From: the human T2T-CHM13v2.0 reference genome, Homo sapiens
Length of the DNA: 64,000 bases
Reading direction: 5' to 3' (one strand)
NCBI RefSeq assembly: GCF_009914755.1
Contig: NC_060933.1
Shown piece by piece: positions 1-16,591 of the stretch. The notes under the pieces were generated by a model that saw only the letters and a program-made list of their open reading frames with translations, ran no database searches and had not been told where the DNA came from. The position numbers and the translations under genes are program-made. Position 1 is the first letter of the stretch. Each line of letters starts with the position of its first letter.

Positions 1-95
1 GGTCCCATGCCCAGGGAGCCTTGCTCATTGCTAGCACAGCAGTCTGAGATCGAACTGCAAGGCAGCAGTGAGGCTGGGGGAGGGGCGCCCACCAT
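1..95 (-). other. L1 antisense ORF0, N-terminal part (runs off the window)
   Basis: Hand translation from the ATG at 95 gives MVGAPPPASLLPCSSISDCCASNEQGSLGMG, matching recalled ORF0 MAGAPPPASLPPCSLISDCCASNQRDSVGVG. Confidence 0.8.
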
Positions 96-668
96 TGCTG
101 AGGCTTGAGTAGTTAAACAAAGAGGCCAAGAAGCTCTGAGTGGAGCCCACTGCAGCTCAAGGAGGCCTGCCTGCCTCTGTAGACTCCATCTTTGGGGACA
201 GGGTATAGCCGAACAAAAGGCAGCAAACCTCACAGACTTACATGTCCCTGTTTGACAGCTTTGAAGAGAGTAGTGGTTCTCCCAGCACGGAGTTTGAGAT
301 CTGAGAACAGACAGACTGCCTCCTCAAGTGGGTCCCTGACCCCTGAGTAGCCTAACTGGGAGGCACCCCCAAGTAGGGGCAGACTGACACACCACACCAC
401 ATGGCCGGGTACTGCTCTGAGACGAAGCTTCCAGAGGAATGATCAGGCAGCAACATTTGCTGTTCAGTAATATTCGCTGTTCTGCAGCCTCTGCTGCTGA
501 TACCCAGGCAAACAGGGTCTGGAGTGGACCTCCAGCAAACTCCAACAGACCTGCAGCTGAGGGTCCTGACTGTTAGAAGGAAAACTGACAAACAGAAAGG
601 AAATCCACACAAAAACCCCATCTGTATGTCACCATCATCAAAGACCAAAGGTACATAAAAACACAAAG

Positions 669-1686
669 ATGGGGAAAAAACAGAGCAGAAAAGCTGAAAA
701 TTCTAAAAATCACAGCGCCTCCCCGCTTTCAAAGGAATGCAGCTCCTTGCCAGCAATGGAACAAAGCTGGATGGAGAATGACTTTGACGAGTTGAGAGAA
801 GAAGGCTTCAGACGATCAAACTTCTCCGAGATAAAGGAGGAAGTTCGAACCCATTGCAAAGAAGCTAAAAACTTTAAAAAAAGATTAGACGAATTGCTAA
901 CTAGAATAACCAATGTAGAGAAGGCCTTAAATGACCTAATGGAGCTGAAAACCATGGGACGAGAACTACATGACAAATGCACAAGCTTCAGTAGCCAATT
1001 AGATCAGCTGGAAGAAAGGGTATGAGTGATTGAAGATCAAATGAATGAAGTGAAGTGAGAAGAGAAGTTTAGAGTAAAAAGAGTAAAAAGAAATGAACAA
1101 AGCCTCCAAGAAATATGAGACTATGTGAAAAGACCAAATCTACGTCTGATTGGTGTACCTGAAAGTGACGGGGAGAATTGAACCAACTTGGAAAACACTC
1201 TGCAGGATATTGTCCAGGAGAACTTCCCCAATCTAGCAAGGCAGGCCAACATTCAGATTCAGGAAATACAGAGAACACAACAAGGATACTCCTTGAGAAG
1301 GGCAACTCCAAGACACATAATTGTCAGATTCACCAAATTGACATGAAGGAAAAAATGTACAGGGCAGCCAGAAAGAAAGGTCGGGTTACCCTCAAAGGGA
1401 AGCCCATCAGACTAACAGCGGATCTCTCAGCAGAAACTCTGCAAGCCAGAAGAGAGTGGGGGCCAATATTCAACATACATAAAGAGAAGAATTTTCAACA
1501 CAGAATTTCATATCCAGGCAAACTAAACTTCATAGTGAAGGAGAAATAAAATCCTTTATAGACAAGTAAATGCTGAGAGAGATTTTGTCACCACCAGGCC
1601 TGCCCTACAAGAGCTCCTGAAGGAAGCACTAAACATGGAAAGGAACAACCGGTACCGGACACTGCAAAAACATGCCAAATTGCAAA
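669..1686 (+). pseudogene. L1 ORF1p, disrupted
   Basis: ORF1 peptides at 669-1025 and in 1178-1549 (KGRVTLKGKPIRLTADLSAETLQARREWGPIF); premature TGA at 1023-1025, frameshifts, and the terminal TAA mutated. Confidence 0.93.
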
Positions 1687-1748
1687 GACCATCGAGGCTA
1701 GGAAGAAACTGCATCAACTGATGAGCAAAATAACCAGCTAACATCATA

Positions 1749-5574
<3,826 letters not shown>

Positions 5575-6399
5575 AGAATGAGAACATTTGGACACAGGAA
5601 GGGGAACATGACACACCAGGGCCCGTCGTGGGGTGGGGGGAGGGGGAGGGATAGCATTAGGAGATATACCTAATGTAAATGACGAGTTAATGGGTGCAGC
5701 ACACCAACATGGCACATGTATACATATGTAACAAACCTGCACGTTGTGCACATGTACCCTAGAACTTAAAGCATAAAAAAAAATCAATCATGCTCATTGC
5801 ATGTCATATTGTGATAAGGAGGAGAGTTAATATAGCTCTGGAAACCATGAATATATACTATTATATTTTCTAAAAGGACAATGGCTTTTTATTCACTTCA
5901 TTCCTGGTGACTGAAAAAAAATTCAAATCAATGACCACATAATAAATGTAAAAGGATATTTTGAAATTTTCCAATAGATACATGATATAATACACAGCAA
6001 TGGGAATTGGTGCTATAACCTGGTTATGTTTACAACAGTGCATGGACCTCTACCATAATCCAATTTGTTTTTGCAGAAACTATACGAACCAATTGAAGAG
6101 AAATATGAAGTATCCTATTATTTCTGCAATCTTGAAGACTTTGAATTTAACCCTTATCTCTACAATTTTACCAAAAATGTGATATTGCTTCTGACAAAGT
6201 CTCCTGACTAGGATGTGTTTGTGTAGGTGGGTGACGAGTTGGGGAAGTTGGTTCAAGGACTTTCATTTTACACTTCCTACAATAATGGATATTCTTTCAT
6301 AGGTCAGAGAACCAAACATGAGGGTTCAGTTACCATTTATCTATAACCATTCCAATTATGCATTTGGGGATCAGAAAAAATACTGTAAGGTGTGTCCAT

Positions 6400-9090
6400 A
6401 GATGCTTTTGACTCACTGTAAGATGGATGTCAGTCAGGACTCCATCTATATCCTGTATTCCATAATACCCTACCCTAATAAACTAGTCACAATGATATTT
6501 TAAAGCCCATGACATAAGTAATAGTTTAGACCATGATTCTAACAACTTTCAAATTATGTCAGTACTTTCATTTCACTGATTTTTTTAATTCTCATAAATG
6601 ACTACAGGTCCCTTTGGGAAAGATTTCAAGGAATATTTATTTTATATATTTTTAGCGACAGTTCAAGACTTTTAAAAGACATATTAGCATACATAATCAA
6701 TGAATTCTGAAACTCACAGGCTTAGAACAGGTTAAGGGCTGCTGCTTTGTTACTGTGGCAACAGATATAAGCCTTTGTCCACAAGCCCTTGATTTTTTCT
6801 TTTTTCTCGTCATGCAGGTCAAAACATGTCATTGCTGATTGCACATCCAATCTTTCCCTAAGAACATCATGCTCTCTGCTCAACTTCGTAGGTTCTGGCA
6901 GGTCACATGCCCAACAGTTACCTATCTACTGTTGCTGTCTATAATGGTAATTAAATACACCTTGAGGCTGATTGATAATTGCTGCCACCTAACCTCCAAG
7001 AGGCCAGAATTTTATAGTCTCCATTGATCTAAGGGTCCTAGTTCCATGCAAAAATCTTTTGTCAACCCTGGACTCTGAGAACAGTCACTGCGGAGCTTCT
7101 CAAGAATGCTGATGCCCCCAGAAATATCTTCCTTAGTGAAGAGAAGGCTTTCTTGTCTCTTTGCAGGACATAATCTGGCAGATTATCTGGTCATACATGA
7201 TAAATATGTTTATATTTGTGTGCCTTTTGACCCATTCTTCAATACACCGTAAGTACAATTCGACATGTCTATTTATTTACTGTACTCTGTCATCATGTTC
7301 AAACTTTAAAGAGCAACTCAAGCAAAGTTTTAGAATTGGCTCCCGATTTATTTGGCAGGGCATTAAATTCTAAGGCATAACATGAGATTTATCTCATGTT
7401 AATAATTCTTCCCTATCCAGGCTCATATTCTACCCACATCCTCCATTTCAATATTCTCAAAATCCAAACTTACCCATATTTCACTGTTTCTGCTATTACT
7501 TATTAACTAGCTGCTACATCTCTTTTTTTTATGTGTGTCCCATTCAGGCTATACAGAAAGCTAATACTGCTTGTTATCTAGAGGCAATGTGAGAAGTCAG
7601 GAGGGGACATTTTGGAGAAAAAGCATTATCTCCTAAAGAAATCTCCATATGTGAATTTTGTGCGTAGTCCCCAGGCAGAGATATTCCCGCTGTAGGAAGA
7701 GTAGGTTACTTCCACTAGTAATCCAAGTACTGTTCTGCAGAATCTGTTTTCAGGCATATGCACCCAAATGATCCCATCCCTGTTTTCAGGGTTTACATTC
7801 TTCCCTATCAAGTCGTGATTTTCTGAAATAGGAATGCTATCAAGGCAATACATTCAGCCTCCTTTGTAATTTTGCCACCTTTCAAATTAAATTCTTGGCT
7901 TGATTATCAACACAGTCTTCACTGTAGCTGCAGAAGACGAAGATCTCTTTAAAACACTGTCCTGCACTCCTGCAGTCCTTCACATTTTTACAGCATGCAC
8001 ATAATATGGGAATGGCTAACTTGTTTTAAAGAAGGTTTTTACCCATTTTAACAGCCATTAGCAAATCTGGACCACTGACATTTTTTTTTTTTTTGAGACG
8101 GAGTCTCGCTCTGTCACCCAGGCTGGAGTGCAGTGGCGCAGCCTCGGCTCACTGCAAGCTCTGCCTTCCGGGTTCACGCCATTCTCCTGCCTCAGCCTCT
8201 CCGAGTAGCTGGGACTACAGGCGCCCGCCACCACGCCCGGCTAATTTTTTTTTTATTTTTTATTTTTAGTAGAGACGGGGTTTCACCGTGGTCTCGATCT
8301 CCTGACCTCGTGATCCACCCGCCTCGGCCTCCCAAAGTGCTGGGATTACAAGCGTGAGCCACCGCGCCCGGCCTGACATTCTTTATATTATCACCTTCCC
8401 ATTGCCTTCAAATGCTGCAGAGCTTCACACAAGTCCATTTCTTCTATTCTTTCACATCTTCTAATCCAAAATAATGGGACAGATTATTAATCGTTGCTTT
8501 ACGGCATCCCGGGAGTTAGTAGTACCCATGTACTGCTAGTAATGGGGTTTTGTGGCTATTTGATCAGTGCGTGATCTAGTTCTAAATCCCATCCTGAGGG
8601 TTGCCTTCTAACACCTCTTCCACAACTGCATACACTAGTTGGCAGATCCTAAAAACAAGGCATTAGACAATAATTTATAAATGGTAGTTTATCTGGAAGG
8701 TGATCTCTGGAAGCAGAGATGAGGGAAGTAGGAGAGTGACAGGGAAAAGGGAAGACAAATATAAAATATAATACTAAGATATTACTCCTATGGACAACTG
8801 GATCTAAATCCTACTCGGGGTCTTCTATGTTACCCTGTAAAGTACATCTCTGAATAAACTCTATGGATGTAGATAAGGAGGCTGAAACATTTAAGCCTCC
8901 AGTTTCTACTTCACTGGTTGAAAGATAACTATCCCCATGCTCTTCTCTGGGCCTGTATATGAGATAAGAAAACATCTATGATCTTGGAAACAGGAAAAAA
9001 ATAGAATAAGCTTGAATACTGTCAAACCCAGCTACAGCTCAAGTGAGCTGAGGAAATGTTGTTTATAGAATCACCAATACATGCTACAAG
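6400..9090 (-). mobile_element. Ancient ERVL-type internal remnant plus LTR33/LTR41-like LTR (about 8630-9090)
   Basis: 8640-8765 resembles antisense LTR33-class text (tagtttatctggaaggtgatctctggaagc...gggaagtaggagagtgacagggaaaaggg); 7860-7930 resembles ERVL/MaLR internal sequence; boundaries uncertain. Confidence 0.45.
8081..8373 (-). mobile_element. AluYd3/AluYc3-lineage Alu
   Basis: 12-bp left-monomer deletion (tttcaccgtggtctcgatc), CTCGGAGAGG insertion, GCTTGTAATCCC variant; TSD tgacatt. Confidence 0.85.
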
Positions 9091-10073
9091 GCCGAAGTAG
9101 TTTTACATGAAAAAAATTTGCAAACTTTTAACTAACAAATAATCCTCATATTGCATAAAATATTTCAAAGAAGTAAAAGGTATAGTTACAACATTTATTT
9201 TGTAGAGCTGATACAACTTTTCAAACAAGAAAGAATAAGAATAGAAAATTCTATATTAATTTTATTTGTGAATGCAGATAAAAAATTCTAAAGAAAACAT
9301 TGACAAATTTAATTTGGCTATGTATTAAAAAGGTAGTATCTACTGACCAGGTATACAATATCATAGAACTTCAGGAAAATTTCAACATTTTAGTAAAATG
9401 TATCAATATATCTCAACACACTAATAAAATGAAAGTCCAAATAATCATCCTAACAGATGCAGAAAAATTATGTAATAGAATGTAATACACATTCACAATG
9501 AAAATCTGCTTAGTAAATTAAAAACAGAAGATAACTTATTTAATGTGGTAAAGATACATGACAAAATCTCACAGAAAATATAGTCTGGGTTGATATTTTA
9601 GAAATATTTCCTTTAAGGACAAAGGTAACTATCATAACCTCTATTTATTTAATATTTTACTTGAAGTTCTAGGTGCAACATCAATTATAAATAGGAATAG
9701 GTAGATAAATTATGAAGAAAAACACATATTTTATCTCTCATTTGCAAACACTATAGTTATTTGCATGACAAATCCAAGGGATTTCATAAACTGTGAGAAT
9801 GAATTAGTTAATTCATTAAGGTTGTATATTTGTCAGTGTATAAAATTAAAACCATTGGTGTTCTTCATGAATGACCAATTAGAAAATGGAAGACACCAAA
9901 AAAAAATGCTATTTCTAATAACATAGAAACCTATATGAACTACATTTAATAAATATGCATAGAAGCATTATAAAGTCATTATAAAATATTATTTAAAAAA
10001 TATGAGTAACTTAAAAATAAGCCTGAATAAATGGAATATTGATGCACATTGATGAAAGAGAAGATTCAATTTT

Positions 10074-10857
10074 TTTTTATTATTATACTTTAAATTTTAG
10101 GGTACATGTGCACAATATGCAGGTTTGTTACATATGTATACATGTGCCATGTTGGTGTGCTGCACCCATTAACTCGTCATTTACATTAGGTATATCTCCT
10201 AATGCTATCCCTCCCCGCTTCCCCCACCCCACAACAGGCCCCGGGGTGTGATGTTCCCCTTCCTGTGTCCAAGTGTTCTCATTGTTCAATTCCCACCTAT
10301 GAGTGAGAACATGAGGTGTTTGGTTTTTATTTATGCAGCCAAAAGACACATGAAAAGATGCTTATCATCACTGGCCATCAGAGAAATGCAAATCAAAACC
10401 ACAGTGAGATACCATCTCACACCAGTTAGAATGGCAATCATTAAAAAGCCAGGAAACAGCAGGTATTGGAGAGGATGTGGAGAAACAGGAACAATTTTAC
10501 ACTGTTGGTAGGACTGTAAACTAGTTCAACCATTGTAGAAGTCAGTGTGGTGATTCCTCAAGGATCTAGAACTAGAAATACCATTTGACCCAGCCATCCC
10601 ATTACTGGGTATATAACCAAAGGAGTATAAATCATGCTGCTATAAAGACGCATGCACACGTATGTTTATTGTGGCACTATTCACAATAGCAAAGACTTGG
10701 AACCAACCCAAATGTCCAACAATGATAGACTGGATTAAGAAAATGTGGCATATATACACCATGGAATACTATGGAGCCATAAAAAATGATGAGTTCATGT
10801 CCTTTGTAGGGACATGAATGAAGCTGGAAACCACCATTCTCAGCAAACTATCACAAG
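10074..10857 (-). mobile_element. 5'-inverted (twin-primed) truncated L1PA3/4-like element
   Basis: Antisense 3'UTR/poly(T) at 10074-10327, sense ORF2 3' segment at 10328-10857; 16-bp TSD gagaagattcaatttt at 10058-10073 and 10858-10873. Confidence 0.95.
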
Positions 10858-11537
10858 GAGAAGATTCAATTTTCTAATGATGTCAGCTTTCCTCAAATTA
10901 TTCAATAAATTTATTGCAAATTTAATTAATAACCCAAAATGATCTTTGAGGCACTAAGCAAATATTCTAAAACTCATATGGAAATTAAAAACTTAATAAA
11001 GAAATACAAATAGTAAGACATAAGGGGATTACATAACACATCAACATGAAGCATAAAACTATAGTGTGATTTGAAATATACACCCATAAAACTGTTGATA
11101 GGGTGGAGAGGCAGAAGTGAGACAAAGCCTATAAAGAAACTTACTGTATTTCATGGGCAACATTACAAATTAATGGGTAATACTAAACTATTTAAGAAAT
11201 GGCATTTGGATAATCAAATCTCAGTATTACAAAATGACAATAGATCTCTATTGTAGAGTCTACTAAAGGGCAACTTCTGGATATAAAAAAGACATAAATT
11301 GGAGAGAAATATGAGAGGTTGTTTTGACTTCAGGTAAATAAAAAGCATGATAATAGATTTGATTCATTAAAATTAATTTTTACAGAACATGGGATGTCAT
11401 AGATGATGTTAAAGACCAGCCAAGATTGGGAGCTAATGTTGCAACACAGATAATTGACAAATGTTTAACATACAGAATTCACAAAATTTACAGTTTGATA
11501 AAGAAAAGGTAAATGAAATGGGCAAAACATATGAAAG

Positions 11538-13066
11538 TGACGGCAGCGATGGCCCATCTGGAGCAGCTGCTTCAAGGATACGAGCTGCAGCAGGAGAGGG
11601 ACGACCAGGGCTGCATTCTCCCCAGGGATGTTCTTGGTCAGAGAGCCATGAACAAGCAAGAGCCCCGCCCCCTTACTGAGTTGGTGGGGCAGGCGCCCAT
11701 GCTCCCAGGCTCAGCCACTGCCACCCAGCTGTGGCTCCAGATCCCAGTATACCAGTGCTCTCAGGGGCCTGGGAAGCCCCTTGCCCCACAAGCTTGAAAG
11801 TGTCTGCTCCTGCTCCCTGGCTCTCCCTCTCCCAGCACCCACTCCAGGGCAGAACAAGGTTGTGGCTGAGTCCAGGTGCCATCGTGACCAGGCCAGGTGT
11901 GCATGCATTCGGGGTGGTGTTGACGTGCCAGCCCCTGACGCGTCAGCTCCCCCTGGATTTTGGGTGCCTATGAGCATGGGAGGGAGGCTAAAGGGGGTCT
12001 GAGGTTGGCTTGGTGCGGGCCTGTAGGCACCCCTCAGCACAAACTGCCTGCGCACCATAGACAGCATGTTGATGGTAGCAAGGGGCAGACAGAATCCTGG
12101 ACAAAAAGGGGTGGGTTTCAGGTGAAATCCCACCTTCAAGCTAGGAATGGTCTGAAGCCTGGGGGCCAGGCTGCCAGTTCTGCATGGAGGCCGTGGCCCA
12201 GAATGAGAAGTTATGGTGATGTTTCTGGGCCTGCCCATGGCCACTGATGGACCAATCAGCAGTATGTCCTCCCTTCTGAGCCCATAAAATCCCTAGTCTC
12301 AGCTAGGCTTAGACAGATGCTGGAACTACCAGTTGCAGGAAGGAGCTACCAACTTTGGGTTTCCCTGAGTTGTCAGGACAACCTGCTTGTGGAAAGGAGC
12401 TACCCGCTCTGGGTATGAGTTGTTCTGTCACTCAATAAAGCTCCTCTCTGCCTTGCTCACCCTCCAGTTGCCTGCACACCTCATTCTTCCTGGACTTGGA
12501 ACAAGAACTTGGGACCTGCTGTATGGCAGAACTGAAAGAACAGTAACACAAACAGCACTGAAACATGCCCCCACTTGCCACACTGCAGGAAACGAGAATA
12601 AGAGAAGAGCTACAGTCCTTTGGGGAGCCCAGAAGTAGGGGCTCCCCAAGCCAGGGCTGTGAGACTTTCTTTGGGGCTCTGCATATCCTAGTTTCCAAGT
12701 GCCACTGCATTCCCCTCATTCGGACATGGGTGCCTGCACTGGAAGCTGCTTATGGTACATCTGATCCAGCTGCAGCTTCACATGGAGCCAGAACCTGTGC
12801 TGGTGCCTGGAGCTGCCCCCTCCCACTGACAGCAACAGCTGGCATGCCTAGCTGTGTGGAGTGGCCAGACCCCACACTTGCTCCACTCCACACCTGGCTC
12901 ACCCTTGGCAGGCATGGGATACTGGATGGTAGTGTGAGCCAAGCATAGCCTGCCTGACCAAGTGGGCATAATGAGCCCAATAGGCCCAAGCAAAAACTCA
13001 GGCAGAGGTTCCGCTGGCCACAGAGGATTCCAACTGGAAAAGTGACACCCTAAGGGTCTCATGACA
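11538..13066 (+). mobile_element. MER52-family solo LTR (ERV1)
   Basis: Starts TGACGGCAGCGATGGCCCATCTGGAGCAG, ends GTGACACCCTAAGGGTCTCATGACA, contains AATAAA at about 12435; 4-bp TSD AAAG. Confidence 0.88.
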
Positions 13067-15200
13067 AAAGCATGACACAAAAGAGGAAACTTGAGTAGCC
13101 AACAGCATAGGAAAAAATACTCAGCAATTTTAGTTATCAGTGATTAAATGATATGAAAAAGAATGTTATGAAAACCAAAGAAACCACAATATTATGCCAC
13201 TTTATATTGGTAATAAATTTATAAAATCCTGGTGGGAATTAGTAAAATAATTTACTGTACACTAAAATTCTTAAATTCCAATCGTAACTGAAAGCAACAA
13301 CCATAAAGAAACTTCTGTTCACATATGCCAGAAAACGTGTACAAGGATGACCAGGAACCATGGAAGTATTTTTTCTCTCTCTTTCTCTTTGTTTTTATTT
13401 TCTTATGATGAGGGCACTTTACATGAGATCTGCCCTTTTAACAGATTTTTGAGTGTACAATAAGGTATTGTCAATTACAGCAACCATGTTGTACAGCAGG
13501 TATCTAAAAATTATCTAGCATAACTGAAACTTTATATACTTTGATTGGCAACTCTCTGTTTCCCTCTTCTTCCAGATTCAATGATTTTGACTATTTTAGG
13601 TACCTCACATAAGTAAAATCATACAGTATTTGTACTGTTACTGGCTGATTTCCCCTAGTATAATGTCTTCCAGGTTCATTTACACTGTTGCATATTGCAG
13701 TATTTTCTCTTTTTAAAGCTGAATAATATTCTACTGGATGTATATACCACATTTTCTTTATGCACTCATTAATCATTGGTCATTTAGGTTGTTTTCACAT
13801 CTTGGCTATTGTCAATAGTGCTGCCATCAACATAAGAATGCCAATATATCCTTAAACCCTGATTTCAATTCTTTTGGTTAAATACCCAGAAATAGGAAGC
13901 TGCAAAATGTGGCAGTATTATTTTTAGTTTTCTGAAGAACCTCTATACTGTTCTCCACAGCAGCTGTGTCATTTTGCATTTTTGCTAACAATGTAAAAGT
14001 TTCCAATGTCTGCACATTCTTGCCAACACTCGTTTGTTTGTTTTTTTAAATAATAGCTATCCTACAATATGTGATGTGATATTGTGATTTTAACTTTTAT
14101 TTCTCTAATCATTAGTGACATTGAGTATCTTTTTGGACACTTATCACCCATAAGTATGTTCTTTTTGGGGGAAAATGTCTATTTCAGTTCTCAACCCATT
14201 TTAATAGAGTTATTAGTTTTTTGTTGTTGTTGTTGTTTTGTTGAGTTGTTTGAGTTTCTCAGACATTTTGGAAATTAGCCCCCAGCCAGATATTTGATTT
14301 CTAAAATTGTTCTCCCAATCTATAGGTTGGCTTTTCATTTTGTTGATGGTTTCCTTTGCTGTGAAGAAGCTTTTTAAGTTTGATGTAGCCCCACTGGTGT
14401 ATTTTCACTTTTGTTACCTGTCCTTTTGTGCCCTACTTATGAAATTATTGCCAAGAATAATGTAATGAAGAATTTTCTCTATAATTTCTTCCAGGAGTTT
14501 TGTAGTTTTAGATCATACATTCAAGTCTTTAGTCCATTTTGAGTTCATATTTGTGCATAGTATAAGATCAAAATCCAATTTCATTTTTTTCATATGACTA
14601 TCTGGTTTTTCCAACATTGTTGTTGAAAAGTCTAATCACTTCCCGACATGTATTCTTGGCATTTTATCAAAGGACAGTTGTCCATATACTCATGGATTTA
14701 TTTCTGCACACTCTATTTGCTTCCATTAGTCTATATGCCTGTTTTGATGCCAGTGCAATACTGTTTTAGTAATTGTAGCTCTTCTCTTATTCTCGTTTCC
14801 AGCATTGTGGCAAGTAGGGGCATGTTTCAGTGCTGTTTGTGTTACTGTTCTTTCAGTCTGTGTTACTATTCTTTCAGTTCTGCCATATAGCAGGTCTTAG
14901 AAATCAGGAAGTGTGATGCCTCCCTAGCTTGGTTCTTTTTCAATAGTGTTTTGGCTACTTTGGGTCCTTTGTGATTCCAGATAAACTTTAGAATTGTGTT
15001 TTTAATTTCTGTTAAAAATTCCATTGGGATTGTGATGAGGATTGCATTCAATTTATAAATTGCCATTGAATAGTATGAACATTTTGTCAATATTTTATTT
15101 TCCAATCAATGAACATGGGATGTGTTTCCATTTGTTTCTATCTTCTTTAGTTTCTGTCATCAATGTTTTGTACTTTACAGTGTGCAAGTCTTTCAATTCT

Positions 15201-15780
15201 ATATTAGGGTTCTTCAGAAGAACAGAACCAATAGAACATATGTATATATAAAAGGGAGTCAATTAAGGAGAACTGGCTCATGCAATTACAAAGAAAAGTC
15301 CCATGATAGGCCATCTACAAGCTGGGGAAAGAGAGAAGCTAGTAGTGTGGCTTAGTCCAACTCCCAAAGCTTCAAAACCAGGGAAGCTGACAGTGCAGCT
15401 TTCAGTTTGAGGCAGAAGGCCCAAGAGCCCCTGAGAAGCCATGAGTGCAAATCCCAGAGTCCAAAGGCTGAAGAACCTGGAGTCTGAAGTTCAAGGGCAT
15501 GAGGAGATGAAGCAAGTGTCTGGGATGGGAAGAGAGAGAGAGACAGAAAAGTCAGCAAGTAACTTTATTCCCTCTTCTTCTTCCTGCTTTGTTTCAAATG
15601 TACTGGCAGTAAACCGGATTTTGTCCATCCACACTGAGGGTGGGTCTTCCTCTCCCAGGCCACTGACTCAAATATCAATTTCTGGAAACAGCCTCACAGA
15701 CACTCCCAGAAACAATACTTTAGTAGCCATCTAGCCATCCCCCAATCCAGTCAACTTGACACTTATCATTAACCAACACA
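15201..15780 (-). mobile_element. MLT2A-type LTR (3' LTR of HERV-L)
   Basis: tattagggttcttcagaagaacagaaccaatag ... gtcaacttgacacttatcattaaccaacaca, contiguous with HERV-L internal sequence. Confidence 0.85.
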
Positions 15781-16279
15781 ACTTCACTGCTTGTAAACTT
15801 GGAATCTATGACCACCTCCTTAAATTATACTTGCTCTCCAAATAAAGGCAATAACAATTTTGTAATTTCACCTAACATAATAAAACTACCATTTGTACAA
15901 CTGAAAATCCACTAATCTTTAACATAAGAAATCTTACATAAAATTAACAACACTTAAATGCTGATATGAAGTCAATACATCTTATGTTAAATGATAAAGG
16001 AATGAGAAAGGAAATAAAACAAAGACAATTGCATAATACAGGTGTATGTATGCACAATCATATTTTTAGCAAAATAAGGAGGAAATAATTATGGAAATTA
16101 CAGTCCTCATTTCTGTTACTGGTCATCTGGTCATCACTGGTATCGACAGCTACCTTCTTCTATTACTCATCCTGTATTATCTTTGCCTTCAGGAAGCACC
16201 TCAGGTGGTTGTGGTTTATTACTTGGTGAAGTGACCCATACTTTCATTTCTGAAGGGTCCGGGCCATTTTTAATCCTGC

Positions 16280-16591
16280 CTAGACTGGTTGTTGTAGTTT
16301 CCCATTGACCTTAATTGCTAGACAGTGCAGTTCTAAGAGATGCCTTGTGGGATCTCCTATATTCCAGATATACTCTTCCTTACCTCCACTGTGGAGTAGT
16401 AGTCTGATTTTATCTTGATAATCCAGGTCAACAGCCAACACCAAAACTCCCTTCTTAGCCTGTTGACTTAGTGGCAGGTGGAGACCCAAGTGGCAAGGTG
16501 GCAGTCTTAACTTCCAGTTCAATGGAATCATTGTTGTGTCTCCTAGTGATAGCATTTTTCCCTCTGGAACTAAGTCCTCTAGGCCAGCCAT
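16280..16591 (-). pseudogene. HERV-L dUTPase remnant
   Basis: GDTTMIPLNWKLRLPPCHLG...DLDYQDKIRLLLHSGGKEEYIWNIGD downstream of integrase, the ERV-L arrangement. Confidence 0.82.

Larger units (their letters stand above)
9100..13360 (+). mobile_element. Old L1ME/L1M ORF2-3' remnant hosting the L1PA4-like and MER52 insertions; resumes at about 24915-25170
   Basis: Degenerate ORF2 text (IIILTDAEK in ORF 9300-9485; aaatgggcaaaacatatgaaag; acgtgtacaaggatg). Confidence 0.7.

Noticed and set aside
11461-13080. Dense overlapping ORFs up to 177 aa suggesting a gene
   Set aside because: They lie in the GC-rich MER52 LTR, where stops are rare; no recognisable protein similarity.
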